Virus record (IMG/VR): IMGVR_UViG_3300039452_000062
Location: 1-46,626 of that record
Length of the DNA: 46,626 nucleotides
Source: a virus
Reading direction: 5' to 3' (one strand)
Part shown: one piece after another, positions 8,526 through 17,487 of the stretch
Layout: every line of letters begins with the position of its first letter
Numbering within the stretch: position 1 is the stretch's first letter
Notes under the pieces: model-generated
What the model was told of the DNA's origin: nothing
Seen by the model: the letters and a program-made list of their open reading frames with translations, nothing else
Databases searched by the model: none
Made by a program: the position numbers and the translations under genes

Positions 8526-9887
8526 TTATGCGGTCGGGATGAAGTTCGAAACGTTCAGGTTCACGGTGATATTCGTGAAGCCGCGCGCCGGGGTGTAGCT
8601 GATCGACAGGCCGGTGTACAGGCCGATTGGGTAGTCGTTCGGGTTCAGCGCCACATAGGACGAGAACGGGACCGAGTTAACCAGCACACCGACAGGCGCA
8701 GTCCCGCTATTCAGCAGCGCAGTAAAATCAGCCGCCGTCAGTTGGTATTGCGTCACCGGGCCGACAGCAAGGCCGCTGCCCACCTGATTCGCCGCACGCT
8801 GCGCCGCCTTGATGCGCAAGCGGTTGATGCCAGCCTGGTTGTAGTACAACGGTGCCTGAGGGTTGTTAGACCCGTTGATGATTTCTGCGGCCAGATCGGT
8901 ATCCAGATTGATCTGCATCGAATCAACCGAGTACCAATAGTTGATCGGGTTGCCATCAGCATTGACGCCCAACGCCAGAATCTTGTTGCTGATGCCGCCC
9001 TCAGAACCATCCGTCACATAGTCCAGATTGGCTGCCTTGAAGGTCGCCTTTTGCGTGGCGGTCGCCGGATATGAGGTCACGCCGAACAGGAAGCGGTAAG
9101 CGAACGGCGCAACCTGATTCGTTGGACTCGGGTTTTCCTTCAGCACGTTATACAGGCGCGCAGCAGCAGTGAATTCCGTAGCCGGGATTCCTGGTGCTTC
9201 GATCATCAGGCGAGCAGACTTGAGGGTTGCAAATGATGCGTAAGTGCTCAGCGTTGCAGTGATGCCGAAATAGACTTCGGCAGTGGCAGAGGTGTAGGCG
9301 CTCGCCAAAGTTACCATGCCCGCTTCAGCATCCCAGCCGCGAGGGATCAGGTACTCATAGAATGCTCCGGGATTGGCGGTGATGTACGTAGTCAGCGCCG
9401 TGACGCCAGCGGTATTTGTGCCATGCCCCATTTCCAGCACGTAGACCGGCGCTGCCGAGCCTTGTGCAAAATAGGTATTCACCATTGCGGTAATTTCGGA
9501 CACATCGGCATCGGTTACGACGCCCACCGCGCTGGTGGTTCCGGGATTGGAGAGCAGCGGCATGGTAAACGACGATGCGCCCGTCACGGTCATGGCGGCG
9601 GTGATGTTGAACGCCGACGGCGTGAAACCGGAAGTGGTGCCGGTATCGCCGGTAGTGAAGCCGTGCGGAGTAGCAGTATTCACCGTGAGCACGTTCGATG
9701 CCCAGGTAGCGCTAGTAACCGTCACAGCGCCTGCGAGAATCGCGGTCAGATCGCTCTTGCCATACAGCAGGGACTTCGCGCCCGATGCGAGGCTAGTGCC
9801 GCCATGGGAAACGAGAGCGCCAGTACGCTGTAGCGTGCTCGGCGCTGGCGCTGTTTGAGTGCTTACGTTAAGCGTTACGATAGACAT
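8526..9887 (-). CDS. tail sheath protein
   Basis: 453-aa ORF in the canonical myovirus order sheath-tube-chaperone-TMP. The call rests on size and position. Confidence 0.7.
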   Translation of the reverse strand: MSIVTLNVSTQTAPAPSTLQRTGALVSHGGTSLASGAKSLLYGKSDLTAILAGAVTVTSATWASNVLTVNTATPHGFTTGDTGTTSGFTPSAFNITAAMTVTGASSFTMPLLSNPGTTSAVGVVTDADVSEITAMVNTYFAQGSAAPVYVLEMGHGTNTAGVTALTTYITANPGAFYEYLIPRGWDAEAGMVTLASAYTSATAEVYFGITATLSTYASFATLKSARLMIEAPGIPATEFTAAARLYNVLKENPSPTNQVAPFAYRFLFGVTSYPATATQKATFKAANLDYVTDGSEGGISNKILALGVNADGNPINYWYSVDSMQINLDTDLAAEIINGSNNPQAPLYYNQAGINRLRIKAAQRAANQVGSGLAVGPVTQYQLTAADFTALLNSGTAPVGVLVNSVPFSSYVALNPNDYPIGLYTGLSISYTPARGFTNITVNLNVSNFIPTA

Positions 9888-9896
9888 GTGTGCGCC

Positions 9897-10268
9897 TTAT
9901 TCGTAGATTACAGCCAGGGTTTGGCCGGTGCCAGGAATGACCACGATGCCGGTGGCGGCATTGGCATCAACGGTCAGCGCGCCGATCTGCGCAGTGCTCA
10001 GCGGGGGAATGCTGGCGATTTGATTGGAGGTCGCAGCCGCTTGCGTGGTCAGGCAGTCATACACGCCGCCAGCGGTGCTGCCTGGGACAACCACATTGAT
10101 ACGCTGGACGCGCCCAGGGCCGCCCTTAATGATGGATGCTGCGGCAACGCCAAGCGCGGTGAGTTTTGGCGTGGTGGTGGTGCGCAATGCGCCACCCAAA
10201 TCAGCCTGGTTGGCAACCAGAGCGCCAGCGGGATTGACGGTATTCAGGCTCAGCGGGTTTTGTGGCAT
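9897..10268 (-). CDS. virion protein, unknown (neck/tail junction region)
   Basis: 123-aa ORF, densely packed in the structural operon. Confidence 0.55.
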   Translation of the reverse strand: MPQNPLSLNTVNPAGALVANQADLGGALRTTTTPKLTALGVAAASIIKGGPGRVQRINVVVPGSTAGGVYDCLTTQAAATSNQIASIPPLSTAQIGALTVDANAATGIVVIPGTGQTLAVIYE

Positions 10269-10276
10269 TTCGTCAC

Positions 10277-11194
10277 CTATAACGGGTTGATGATGTAATT
10301 CTGAATGGTCTTCAGTATAAACTGACGCGTCTCATTATTGAGACGTGTCTGGTAATAATTAATTTCGAATTCTATGCTTTTTTTCTGAGCAATGGTTGTC
10401 GTTTCGCTTTGCGTGCGCTTTTCGTCCCGAACCACTGGCATGTTCATGATGCCGAAGGCATCGCTGGACAGGCTGTATTGGCAGATGTAATCCAGATAAT
10501 CGAGTGCTTCGTTATTGCGCACGCCATACATCGTGATCTTGACAGTCTCCTGCGTGAGCTGGAAATGCGAGAGCTCATAGTCCAGCAAGGGCGCAGCTTG
10601 AATTGCCCGCGTCGTCGCAGGATCGATGTGGATAGCCGCATAAGGTGGGCGGATATCTTGCGGGATCAAGAACGATGGGTAGACCGGCATAATCGCATTC
10701 AGCGTCAGCCAGAACGGCAAGCTATTCGACACCACGGCCTCACCCGGATTCAAGTCATTGATGTTGTCAATGAGTTGGCTTTGCATCGCAGGCCATACCG
10801 CAAAGCCCTGGTAATGATAAATTCCAGCCTGCTCGTAAAAATTCCCCTGCTGCGAGAAAGCGTAATAATCCTCGTCTACCTGCGCAACCCAAAGCATATT
10901 TGGAGCGATGGCGGCGAGGTCGTCAACCTGCTCTCTAGCCGTGAAGATTACCGAACGCAGGGCAATAGATTCATCCTCGCGCTGCTCGCTGTTGATGCTG
11001 TAATGCAGTGACCCTTGAATCGTTTTCGTTGTCGATGTGCGAAGCCAGAAAATGAACCCATCCAGCGGTAGAACTTCGCGCTGATACTGAGTAAAAACGA
11101 CTTCTTGGCTAAGCGATAGAACGTCAATGCCAGCCTCAAGCGAGGCGTTTAAAGGGGTTCCGGCGTTCTGCGCCTCATTCACGTTTGGCATCAA
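10277..11194 (-). CDS. virion protein, unknown (neck/tail completion region)
   Basis: 305-aa ORF in the structural operon, overlapping the upstream gene by 4 nt. Confidence 0.55.
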   Translation of the reverse strand: MMPNVNEAQNAGTPLNASLEAGIDVLSLSQEVVFTQYQREVLPLDGFIFWLRTSTTKTIQGSLHYSINSEQREDESIALRSVIFTAREQVDDLAAIAPNMLWVAQVDEDYYAFSQQGNFYEQAGIYHYQGFAVWPAMQSQLIDNINDLNPGEAVVSNSLPFWLTLNAIMPVYPSFLIPQDIRPPYAAIHIDPATTRAIQAAPLLDYELSHFQLTQETVKITMYGVRNNEALDYLDYICQYSLSSDAFGIMNMPVVRDEKRTQSETTTIAQKKSIEFEINYYQTRLNNETRQFILKTIQNYIINPL

Positions 11195-11649
11195 TCAATC
11201 CATGCGCGGAAACTGGCCTGATAAAGGCCCGTGTCTATAAAGTCGGGCCGCACCGGGCCGCGCTTATTCTTCAAGCGGTGATTGACACCCTTCAAAGCGG
11301 CCTCTGTTGGCACTCCAGGCTGTCCGGTTTGCCGAATCTCGCTCTGATCCAGATATGTGCGGAAAAGCTGCCCTATCTCGCTTTCCGGCTGCCCAAACGG
11401 CTTTAGCGATGGCGGCGCACCCTGCATGAGAGATTCGACCGATTCAGCCATACCGATTGTCAGAAGCTCTGCTATATCGTTCATGTGCAAGTCTGCGAAG
11501 TTCTGCATGACCGAATATTTATCTTCGAGGATTTGGGCAACGAATCCCGTAGTGGTCGCGCCCGCATTGAACCTTGGCTTTTTCTTGCCGCTCTTAATCG
11601 GCCCGTTGGCTCGATAAGGAATATCCACAACGCCAAGATGCAATTTCAT
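11191..11649 (-). CDS. head-tail joining / tail completion-type protein
   Basis: 152 aa from ATG 11649 (ATGA overlap with the upstream stop). The track ORF start at 11706 lies inside the upstream gene. Confidence 0.55.
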   Translation of the reverse strand: MKLHLGVVDIPYRANGPIKSGKKKPRFNAGATTTGFVAQILEDKYSVMQNFADLHMNDIAELLTIGMAESVESLMQGAPPSLKPFGQPESEIGQLFRTYLDQSEIRQTGQPGVPTEAALKGVNHRLKNKRGPVRPDFIDTGLYQASFRAWID

Positions 11650-12080
11650 GTCAATCCCCACAATGGACCAGCGCTCTGCGCCAGCTCCAAATATGCGCGT
11701 CCCCAAGGCGTTTTCAGACGCTGCAAATCCGATAGAGTCAGGGTTTTCGCGAAGTCCGGTACGACCATCGATTCACTGGTGCTGACATCAGAGCTGGATT
11801 GGATAACACCGCCAACAAAGGTATTTAAACCGTTTGCCTTGCGAAGATCAGCGAAGATCGTTTGCCCTGTCTGATCTATTGCGATATTCACCAAGCGGTC
11901 AAATGCCAGGTTGTACACACATTGGTCATAGATCACCGTCGAAACGCACGCAATGACTTCATAGACTAATGCGATAGCAATGTTGTATGACGTTTGAATA
12001 TAAAGCGAGTTATCGGGAAGCTGAGCGGTTGTTACGCCCTGCTCCCGGATAAATGCCAAATAGCTGGCGGTGTCTGCCAT
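11646..12080 (-). CDS. head-tail connector-type protein, unknown
   Basis: 144-aa ORF in the structural operon. Confidence 0.55.
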   Translation of the reverse strand: MADTASYLAFIREQGVTTAQLPDNSLYIQTSYNIAIALVYEVIACVSTVIYDQCVYNLAFDRLVNIAIDQTGQTIFADLRKANGLNTFVGGVIQSSSDVSTSESMVVPDFAKTLTLSDLQRLKTPWGRAYLELAQSAGPLWGLT

Positions 12081-12082
12081 GA

Positions 12083-12595
12083 TTATTTTTGAGCGCGGCG
12101 GCTTCGTGGGGCTTGGCCTTCAGCTACCACTTCGACGCTTTCATTGATTTTCGCAGTGTCGCCATTTTCAACAACCTCTTCGATACTCACCTCCATGGAG
12201 GTAAGCGCGCCGCCAACTTCGCGGGCTTCTCGCGCCGCCTGTTCGGAAATGGCTACAGCGGTTTCCTTGCGCAGCTCCACGCCGCGCTGGGCCAGTACTT
12301 CATCATTGTGGTTGATGGCGCGGACAATTGCATCCACATTGATAGGCTTGTCGATCTGGTAGCACATGCCGATGAATTCTTTGGTGCGGTCTACTTCATC
12401 GACGCGGACCAGGCCATAATCCGTATGCTGGCGGATAATGGCATCCAGCACATCGGTGCTGTCTTCTTTGTAAATCTGTTCGCATTTCCCCACACCGATT
12501 TTCATGTGGAATGGGGATTCACGATTGATTTCTGGCACACGGAAGAGGAAGTGGTGGTCTTGCTTGGTGCAGTTTGCGACGTACAGTTTAGGCAT
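12083..12595 (-). CDS. head-associated protein, unknown (acidic C-terminus)
   Basis: 170-aa ORF, the first gene after the capsid terminator. Confidence 0.55.
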   Translation of the reverse strand: MPKLYVANCTKQDHHFLFRVPEINRESPFHMKIGVGKCEQIYKEDSTDVLDAIIRQHTDYGLVRVDEVDRTKEFIGMCYQIDKPINVDAIVRAINHNDEVLAQRGVELRKETAVAISEQAAREAREVGGALTSMEVSIEEVVENGDTAKINESVEVVAEGQAPRSRRAQK

Positions 12596-12610
12596 GGCTT
12601 GGCTCCATAA

Positions 12611-12640
12611 TTAAAAAGGGCTGACACAAAGGCCAGCCCT
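12611..12640 (-). terminator. intrinsic terminator after the major capsid gene
   Basis: The minus strand reads AGGGCTG-10 nt loop-CAGCCCT followed by TTTTT. It lies between the capsid stop (12665) and the next start (12595). Confidence 0.6.
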
Positions 12641-12664
12641 CTTATCGTAACATGCCGCCGTTGC

Positions 12665-13684
12665 TTACTGGTACTTAGCGCTGAGCAGCGTGGTCGCTTC
12701 TGGACGAATGGTCCAGCCCGGAGTAGTGCGCAGCTCGCTCACTACATCGGTCGCGCCGCCTGCCAGTGGCGAACGGATTTCGCGTGGCGCTGCCATGTCG
12801 CAGAACATGGAATTGCAGTCACGCAGGCTTGGAGTCACCTTGGCAAACTCATTGGTGTTGATGCCGGATTCGTCCGGGATATCCAGCTCTGGCACGCTGA
12901 TGATAATCAGGTCGTTGCCGCCAGCACCTTTGCCAATGAGGGTGTCGTCGTAGCCCCATTCCAGGGTATCGCCGTTCATGCCAAGGACGTTTTGCAGCAC
13001 TCCCTTGGTGGTTTCAGTACCAGCGCCGGTACGTTGGAACTGGGTCAGCTGGACGATGTTCTGATACTCCATCGCGCCCAGAACGCGCTGAGGGCCGATC
13101 ACCGTCACTTTGACCGGCATGCCCAGTTGCAAGGTGCGCGACTTCAGCGCCGACACAATTTGCAGCAGGAAGAAGGCCAGCGCGCCATTGTCATAGGTCG
13201 CAATGGTGGTATTGCCGTTCTGGTCCGCTGGCAGGTTCACCGAAGTGGTGCCGACGCCATTGACGATGCCTTCGCCAAAGGATGGGTTGAAGCCATACAG
13301 CAGGCCGTTACGCATGCTTTGGAAGATGCCCTGGCGCATACCCATGCGGTACGCGTTGTCCAGGCCCATGCCCCAATTGGCGGCGGCAGCGGTGTCGTGG
13401 TGGTCGTACTCGGCACGCATGCGCAGCAGATAGGTAGGCGTGGACATCATATCCATGGTAATGGACACGCCGTTGAGCTGGTTGAAGGCCGCTTGGCCGG
13501 CATTGGTCTTAGTGCGGATGTTGGCCTTTTTCAGATAGACGTATTTATCACCTTCGCTCAAACGAGCCTGCGGATTTTCGCCGGCCAGCAGTGCGAATGC
13601 GCCCGAAGCCTGCGAATATTGCAGGACGGTTTCTGGCATGACGTAGCTCGGATGAACCAGTGCATAGGATGGTGCGCTGAACAT
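12665..13684 (-). CDS. major capsid protein
   Basis: 339-aa ORF after the scaffold-type and decoration-type genes and followed by a terminator. Codon choice is strong enough that the codon-aligned antisense frame stays open. Confidence 0.8.
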   Translation of the reverse strand: MFSAPSYALVHPSYVMPETVLQYSQASGAFALLAGENPQARLSEGDKYVYLKKANIRTKTNAGQAAFNQLNGVSITMDMMSTPTYLLRMRAEYDHHDTAAAANWGMGLDNAYRMGMRQGIFQSMRNGLLYGFNPSFGEGIVNGVGTTSVNLPADQNGNTTIATYDNGALAFFLLQIVSALKSRTLQLGMPVKVTVIGPQRVLGAMEYQNIVQLTQFQRTGAGTETTKGVLQNVLGMNGDTLEWGYDDTLIGKGAGGNDLIIISVPELDIPDESGINTNEFAKVTPSLRDCNSMFCDMAAPREIRSPLAGGATDVVSELRTTPGWTIRPEATTLLSAKYQ

Positions 13685-13696
13685 GGGTTTTGCTCC

Positions 13697-14593
13697 TTAA
13701 ATCAAGATCAGCGCGCAGGAGCCGTTAGGGTTCCAGTTCGCGAAGTTGGTATTGGGATTGTAGGAAACAGTCAAGCTGTTACCCTGGTTGACGTTCAGAA
13801 TGCGGACATTCAGAGCGCCGACGCCTTGGTTCAGGACTGGCGAACCAGCGATAGTGCCGATGCTGCCGGAATTCAGGCCGCTCACTTGGAAGCTGAAGTG
13901 CTGGTTATCGGTGAAGGCGCTCACGATGAAGTTACCATTGACGACCGAATTACCAGCAGTGCCGGAGTTGGTGGCACCGCTGATGTTGATCGCATCGCCG
14001 ACAGCGCCCACATCAGCAGCCGCCGCAGTCACCACAGCAATCGTCCATACACCAGTGGAAGCGTTGAAGGTCGGAGTCATGCTGGAGATGGTAACGGTTG
14101 GAGTCGAAGCAACGTATGGTTGCAGCAACTGGTTATTGAAGTCCCAGCTGACCTGTTGCGTGACCAGCCCGCCATTCAGCGATACCAGCGATGGATCGCA
14201 GGCCACCGCGATGCGTGCGCCGCTGCCCAGTCGGTGGAAATGAGTGGTCATGCCGGAACCCAGTGTGGGCACTTTGCTTTGCGGGTTGTTGATGGCATTG
14301 AAGGCTTGATTGAACACCGAGAAGCCGGTGATATTACCAACACTGGCGGCGCGAGTGATGCTGTTGCCCATCACGTTACCACCGCTTGCGTCGGCCAGCA
14401 GCGATTCACTGATCGCTACGCCGCCCCACATCGGCAGTGTTTCGGTCGATGCCAGAATGCCGCCAGCCAGGGTGTTGCGGATCGATGGTTCATCCATCGC
14501 TACGCCTTGGACATAGCCGTCCGTTTGAATGTTGAACGAACCGGCTGCATTGGTCGTCAACATCGGGTTAAAGCCTGCTACGTTCGCTACCAT
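13697..14593 (-). CDS. capsid-associated structural protein (decoration or second capsid protein candidate)
   Basis: 298-aa Gly/Asn/Ser/Thr-rich ORF between the scaffold-like gene and the major capsid gene. Confidence 0.6.
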   Translation of the reverse strand: MVANVAGFNPMLTTNAAGSFNIQTDGYVQGVAMDEPSIRNTLAGGILASTETLPMWGGVAISESLLADASGGNVMGNSITRAASVGNITGFSVFNQAFNAINNPQSKVPTLGSGMTTHFHRLGSGARIAVACDPSLVSLNGGLVTQQVSWDFNNQLLQPYVASTPTVTISSMTPTFNASTGVWTIAVVTAAAADVGAVGDAINISGATNSGTAGNSVVNGNFIVSAFTDNQHFSFQVSGLNSGSIGTIAGSPVLNQGVGALNVRILNVNQGNSLTVSYNPNTNFANWNPNGSCALILI

Positions 14594-14596
14594 GGC

Positions 14597-16348
14597 TTAC
14601 GCTCCTTTGTTGATGTGAGTGACGCGACGGGTTGGCATTTTGAACTTGCTCATCCATGCCGAAGGGTCGCCGTAGAACATGCTGATGGAGTGACCAGCAT
14701 CGGAGCGGTTCTTGACTTCACGCAGGCCGCCACCAGAAGGAGCGCCGGGAGTGTTCGCGGCAATCATGGCATCGGCATAGATTTGCTTCTCTGCGATATC
14801 CAGCACGGCGGAGTCGCTGATATCGGTCAGCTTCGCGCCCTTCCAGCTCGGAGAATGCGATTGGAAGTCGCTCAGCAGGCGCTGGCGATAGCCGGTCAGG
14901 TCTTCGCCATCCAATGGACGCGGAGCCGACTTGCCGAAGGCGTGAGCGACGGAATCAGCGCGAGCCTGAGCGGATGCCATGGCAGCGAAATCAGCGTCGG
15001 AGCGAGCTTTTGGCAGGCGCGCTTCGATGGCCTTCAGACCAGCAGCAACGCCGTCAGCGATGGCCTTGTCAATGCGGGCGGCGTCAGCTTTAGCCTTTTC
15101 CTCTTCGGAGTCGGCGGCGACTTTCTTGGCCTTGGTTTCTTCCTCTTCTTCGGCCTTTTTCTTGGCCTCTTCTTCGGCATCTGCCTTAGCCTTCATGAGG
15201 CCATCATAAGCGTCAGCTTTCGCTTTCAGCTCTGCCAATTCGGCATCGGCCTTAGCCTTTTCCTCTGCCTTTTTCTCTTCTTCCGTCATTTTCAGTGCCT
15301 CACTGGTTGAATTCAAAACGCCCTTTGGGTTGCCGCCCTTATCCCACACGCCATATTCGCAGACTGCTAAATGATCGAGAAGGAAGGGACGGCCCTCAAT
15401 TAATAGCTTTTCACCTGTATCTAGTGTTACCTCACTATTCCCGTCAGTCTCTCTAAATACAACCGTTGGTGAAGTGGATAGCGGTCTTTCTGGGTCAGAC
15501 ATAATCTGAATTGCCACATCGTCGTAAATCTTAGCGACGCCCCAGACTTCATCACCCTGTATATAGGGCAAGAGAATAGCACCAATTGTTCGTTTGCGGA
15601 ATTCTTCGCTGTCGAGCCGATCTTCTGGCGGATGTACCCAAATTACTTGCAGGCCATTACAGCGCTGCAAAAATTCGTCATTCAGATAAAGTTCTGGTGG
15701 GCGGTAGACATATTCATCATGCGCGCTGCGGTAAGCCGTGCCGGTTCCAGTGATGCGCAATGCGAACAGGGACATGTTCGCCCAGCGCTGCGGACTGGTC
15801 AGTTCGCAGGATGCAATCATGCGAGCTATGTCCAATTCGGTCATTTTCGAGACGTCGATTTGGTCGAGGGCATTGCCATCCAAGATAAGTTTTGTTCCGG
15901 GATGCAGTGGTTCCGGATATTCATCTGGGGCAGCCCAAATGAATTCAGTATTCTCGTCGTTTAGGACCGGGGCGAATTCTTGGCAGTTTTTGCCAAAAAG
16001 AGTGAATTGGCAATAACCATTATCCGTGAAGGCGATATTGCGGATAGCTCCGGTGGTGGAATATCCTGCCTCTTCCAGCACTTCGCGCCGCGCTGCCTCT
16101 TCCGCCCCCTCCTCCGGCTCTATGTGGCCGCCAGGGAATGCCCAGTGACCTGCATAGTCGCCACCGTCGCCGCGCTTCATGAGCAGCACTTTGCCGCCAG
16201 CCATGAAAGCAATCCCAGCGGCCTGAATGCGCTTTGAGGAATCACCTACAAATTCTTTTCCTACGTTTTGCGGAACGCCGCCATAGCCGCCCGGAGTATG
16301 GGCGGCGGCTTGCATTAATCGTTCTTGAGCTGGGCTAGTGGCTGGCAT
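14597..16348 (-). CDS. Nudix hydrolase domain fused to DUF2213-like prohead scaffold/protease-type protein
   Basis: Perfect Nudix box GHIEPEEGAEEAARREVLEEAGY (residues ~74-96). The middle region (..LLIEGRPFLLDHLAVCEYGVWDKGG..) resembles the phage DUF2213 family. A KAEEKAKADAELAELKAKADA... coiled coil follows. Confidence 0.8.
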   Translation of the reverse strand: MPATSPAQERLMQAAAHTPGGYGGVPQNVGKEFVGDSSKRIQAAGIAFMAGGKVLLMKRGDGGDYAGHWAFPGGHIEPEEGAEEAARREVLEEAGYSTTGAIRNIAFTDNGYCQFTLFGKNCQEFAPVLNDENTEFIWAAPDEYPEPLHPGTKLILDGNALDQIDVSKMTELDIARMIASCELTSPQRWANMSLFALRITGTGTAYRSAHDEYVYRPPELYLNDEFLQRCNGLQVIWVHPPEDRLDSEEFRKRTIGAILLPYIQGDEVWGVAKIYDDVAIQIMSDPERPLSTSPTVVFRETDGNSEVTLDTGEKLLIEGRPFLLDHLAVCEYGVWDKGGNPKGVLNSTSEALKMTEEEKKAEEKAKADAELAELKAKADAYDGLMKAKADAEEEAKKKAEEEEETKAKKVAADSEEEKAKADAARIDKAIADGVAAGLKAIEARLPKARSDADFAAMASAQARADSVAHAFGKSAPRPLDGEDLTGYRQRLLSDFQSHSPSWKGAKLTDISDSAVLDIAEKQIYADAMIAANTPGAPSGGGLREVKNRSDAGHSISMFYGDPSAWMSKFKMPTRRVTHINKGA

Positions 16349-16358
16349 GGGCGCAATG

Positions 16359-17168
16359 TTACCTTACTTTCAAAGCTTCGCGGCCCTTTGCGGTCAGCAT
16401 GGATTCCGGCAGGCTTCGTATTGCATATATGTAACTGTAAGCGCATCGGCAAAATACTTCCTCGCCCGGCTCTGTGATTTGGTCTGTATAACCATCATTC
16501 CCGACTTTCACAAGCCCCTGCTGCTGCGCCCAGCAGTCGCGAATTAAGTACACATGGCCGTCGCGCTCTTTGTGGTCTTCGCGATAATCGTATCCAGGCT
16601 GCCGGAAGTGCGAATGCCATTCGCCAGCAATCGCACCGCCGTCCGTGGCGATGATGCTATTCAAGGCTGATGTGAACTTGTGGCCTTGGTCAATCAGCAC
16701 GCGGCGCTCTTCGTAAGGCAGTTGCTTGAGCGCTTTTTTTAGGTCTTCCTTTACCTGTCTTTTGTCTACCGCGTCACTGCCGCCCGCAGGGACCGACGTT
16801 GCCCAGCCCATAAAGCGCTGCCGGGTCTTGGCAATCATCTGCTCACGATTCAATTTGATGAGGTTCGCGCTTGCCATCAGTCGGCGCTCCAGCTCCGCAT
16901 GCAGCTTTGGCTTGACTTGATCCAGCGTAAAGGATGCTATGCCTTTGTGAAGCGCCAGCGCGCCCCTGCGCGTAATCATCTTCGTATAGATGCCGCGAAT
17001 GGTGCGGTTGAGCAGTTCTTGCACCTGGGCCTCTGGCAGCATCGCCAAGCGCGCAGCCTGCTCTATCCGCTCAAGCCAGCCATCTATGCGGGCCTGAGAA
17101 TCATAGCCATGCTCTTCGACATCGCTGATTGCCGCTGTAATTGTTTCTTGAAAATTCATTTTCCTCAC
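16359..17168 (-). CDS. head morphogenesis protein (Mu gpF / SPP1 gp7-like)
   Basis: 269 aa. The C-terminal pattern ..HSHFRQPGYDYREDHKERDGHVYL...EPGEEVFCRCAYSYIY is typical of Mu-F-like proteins. It lies downstream of the portal. Confidence 0.75.
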   Translation of the reverse strand: MRKMNFQETITAAISDVEEHGYDSQARIDGWLERIEQAARLAMLPEAQVQELLNRTIRGIYTKMITRRGALALHKGIASFTLDQVKPKLHAELERRLMASANLIKLNREQMIAKTRQRFMGWATSVPAGGSDAVDKRQVKEDLKKALKQLPYEERRVLIDQGHKFTSALNSIIATDGGAIAGEWHSHFRQPGYDYREDHKERDGHVYLIRDCWAQQQGLVKVGNDGYTDQITEPGEEVFCRCAYSYIYAIRSLPESMLTAKGREALKVR

Positions 17169-17177
17169 ATGTGAGAA

Positions 17178-17486
17178 TTAATTCAGCAAAATAATGCAAG
17201 CAATAGTCATTGGCAATGCTGCCAATAACTTCCATGTGAGTGGCTCTTTGAGATAAATGATACTTATCGCCGCTAAAATCACGGTCTGTGTTGGCGCATA
17301 CCACGCTATTGTTTCTAAGATATTGCGTGTCTTATAGATATGAGTCCACCAAAAAGCACCACACCCCCAGCATAAGAAGGCAGCACCTCTCAGCGCCCAG
17401 GAAATTTCTCCTTGTTGCTGGGCGGCGAGTTTGCAGCATATCTCTCCAAGTGTCCCGGCAATCATTGATAAAATGAAAATTTTCAT
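17178..17486 (-). CDS. small 4-TM membrane protein, SMR / EamA(DMT)-like
   Basis: 102 aa from ATG 17486, 1 nt after the portal stop. It has a TM1 glutamate (MIAGTLGEICCKL) and a C-terminal ..YLKEPLTWKLLAALPMTIACIILLN pattern resembling EmrE/ArnE-type proteins. The segment is AT-rich. Confidence 0.65.
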   Translation of the reverse strand: MKIFILSMIAGTLGEICCKLAAQQQGEISWALRGAAFLCWGCGAFWWTHIYKTRNILETIAWYAPTQTVILAAISIIYLKEPLTWKLLAALPMTIACIILLN

Positions 17487-17487
17487 T

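Noticed and set aside
12992-15310. 772-codon plus-strand ORF, the longest in the window
   Set aside because: It is the codon-aligned antisense of three minus-strand structural genes (capsid, decoration, scaffold) that share one frame. Antisense stops would require sense TTA/CTA/TCA codons, which these highly expressed genes avoid. The product is low-complexity Arg/Gly/Ala/His-rich, it has no SD, and it would contradict the well-supported genes.
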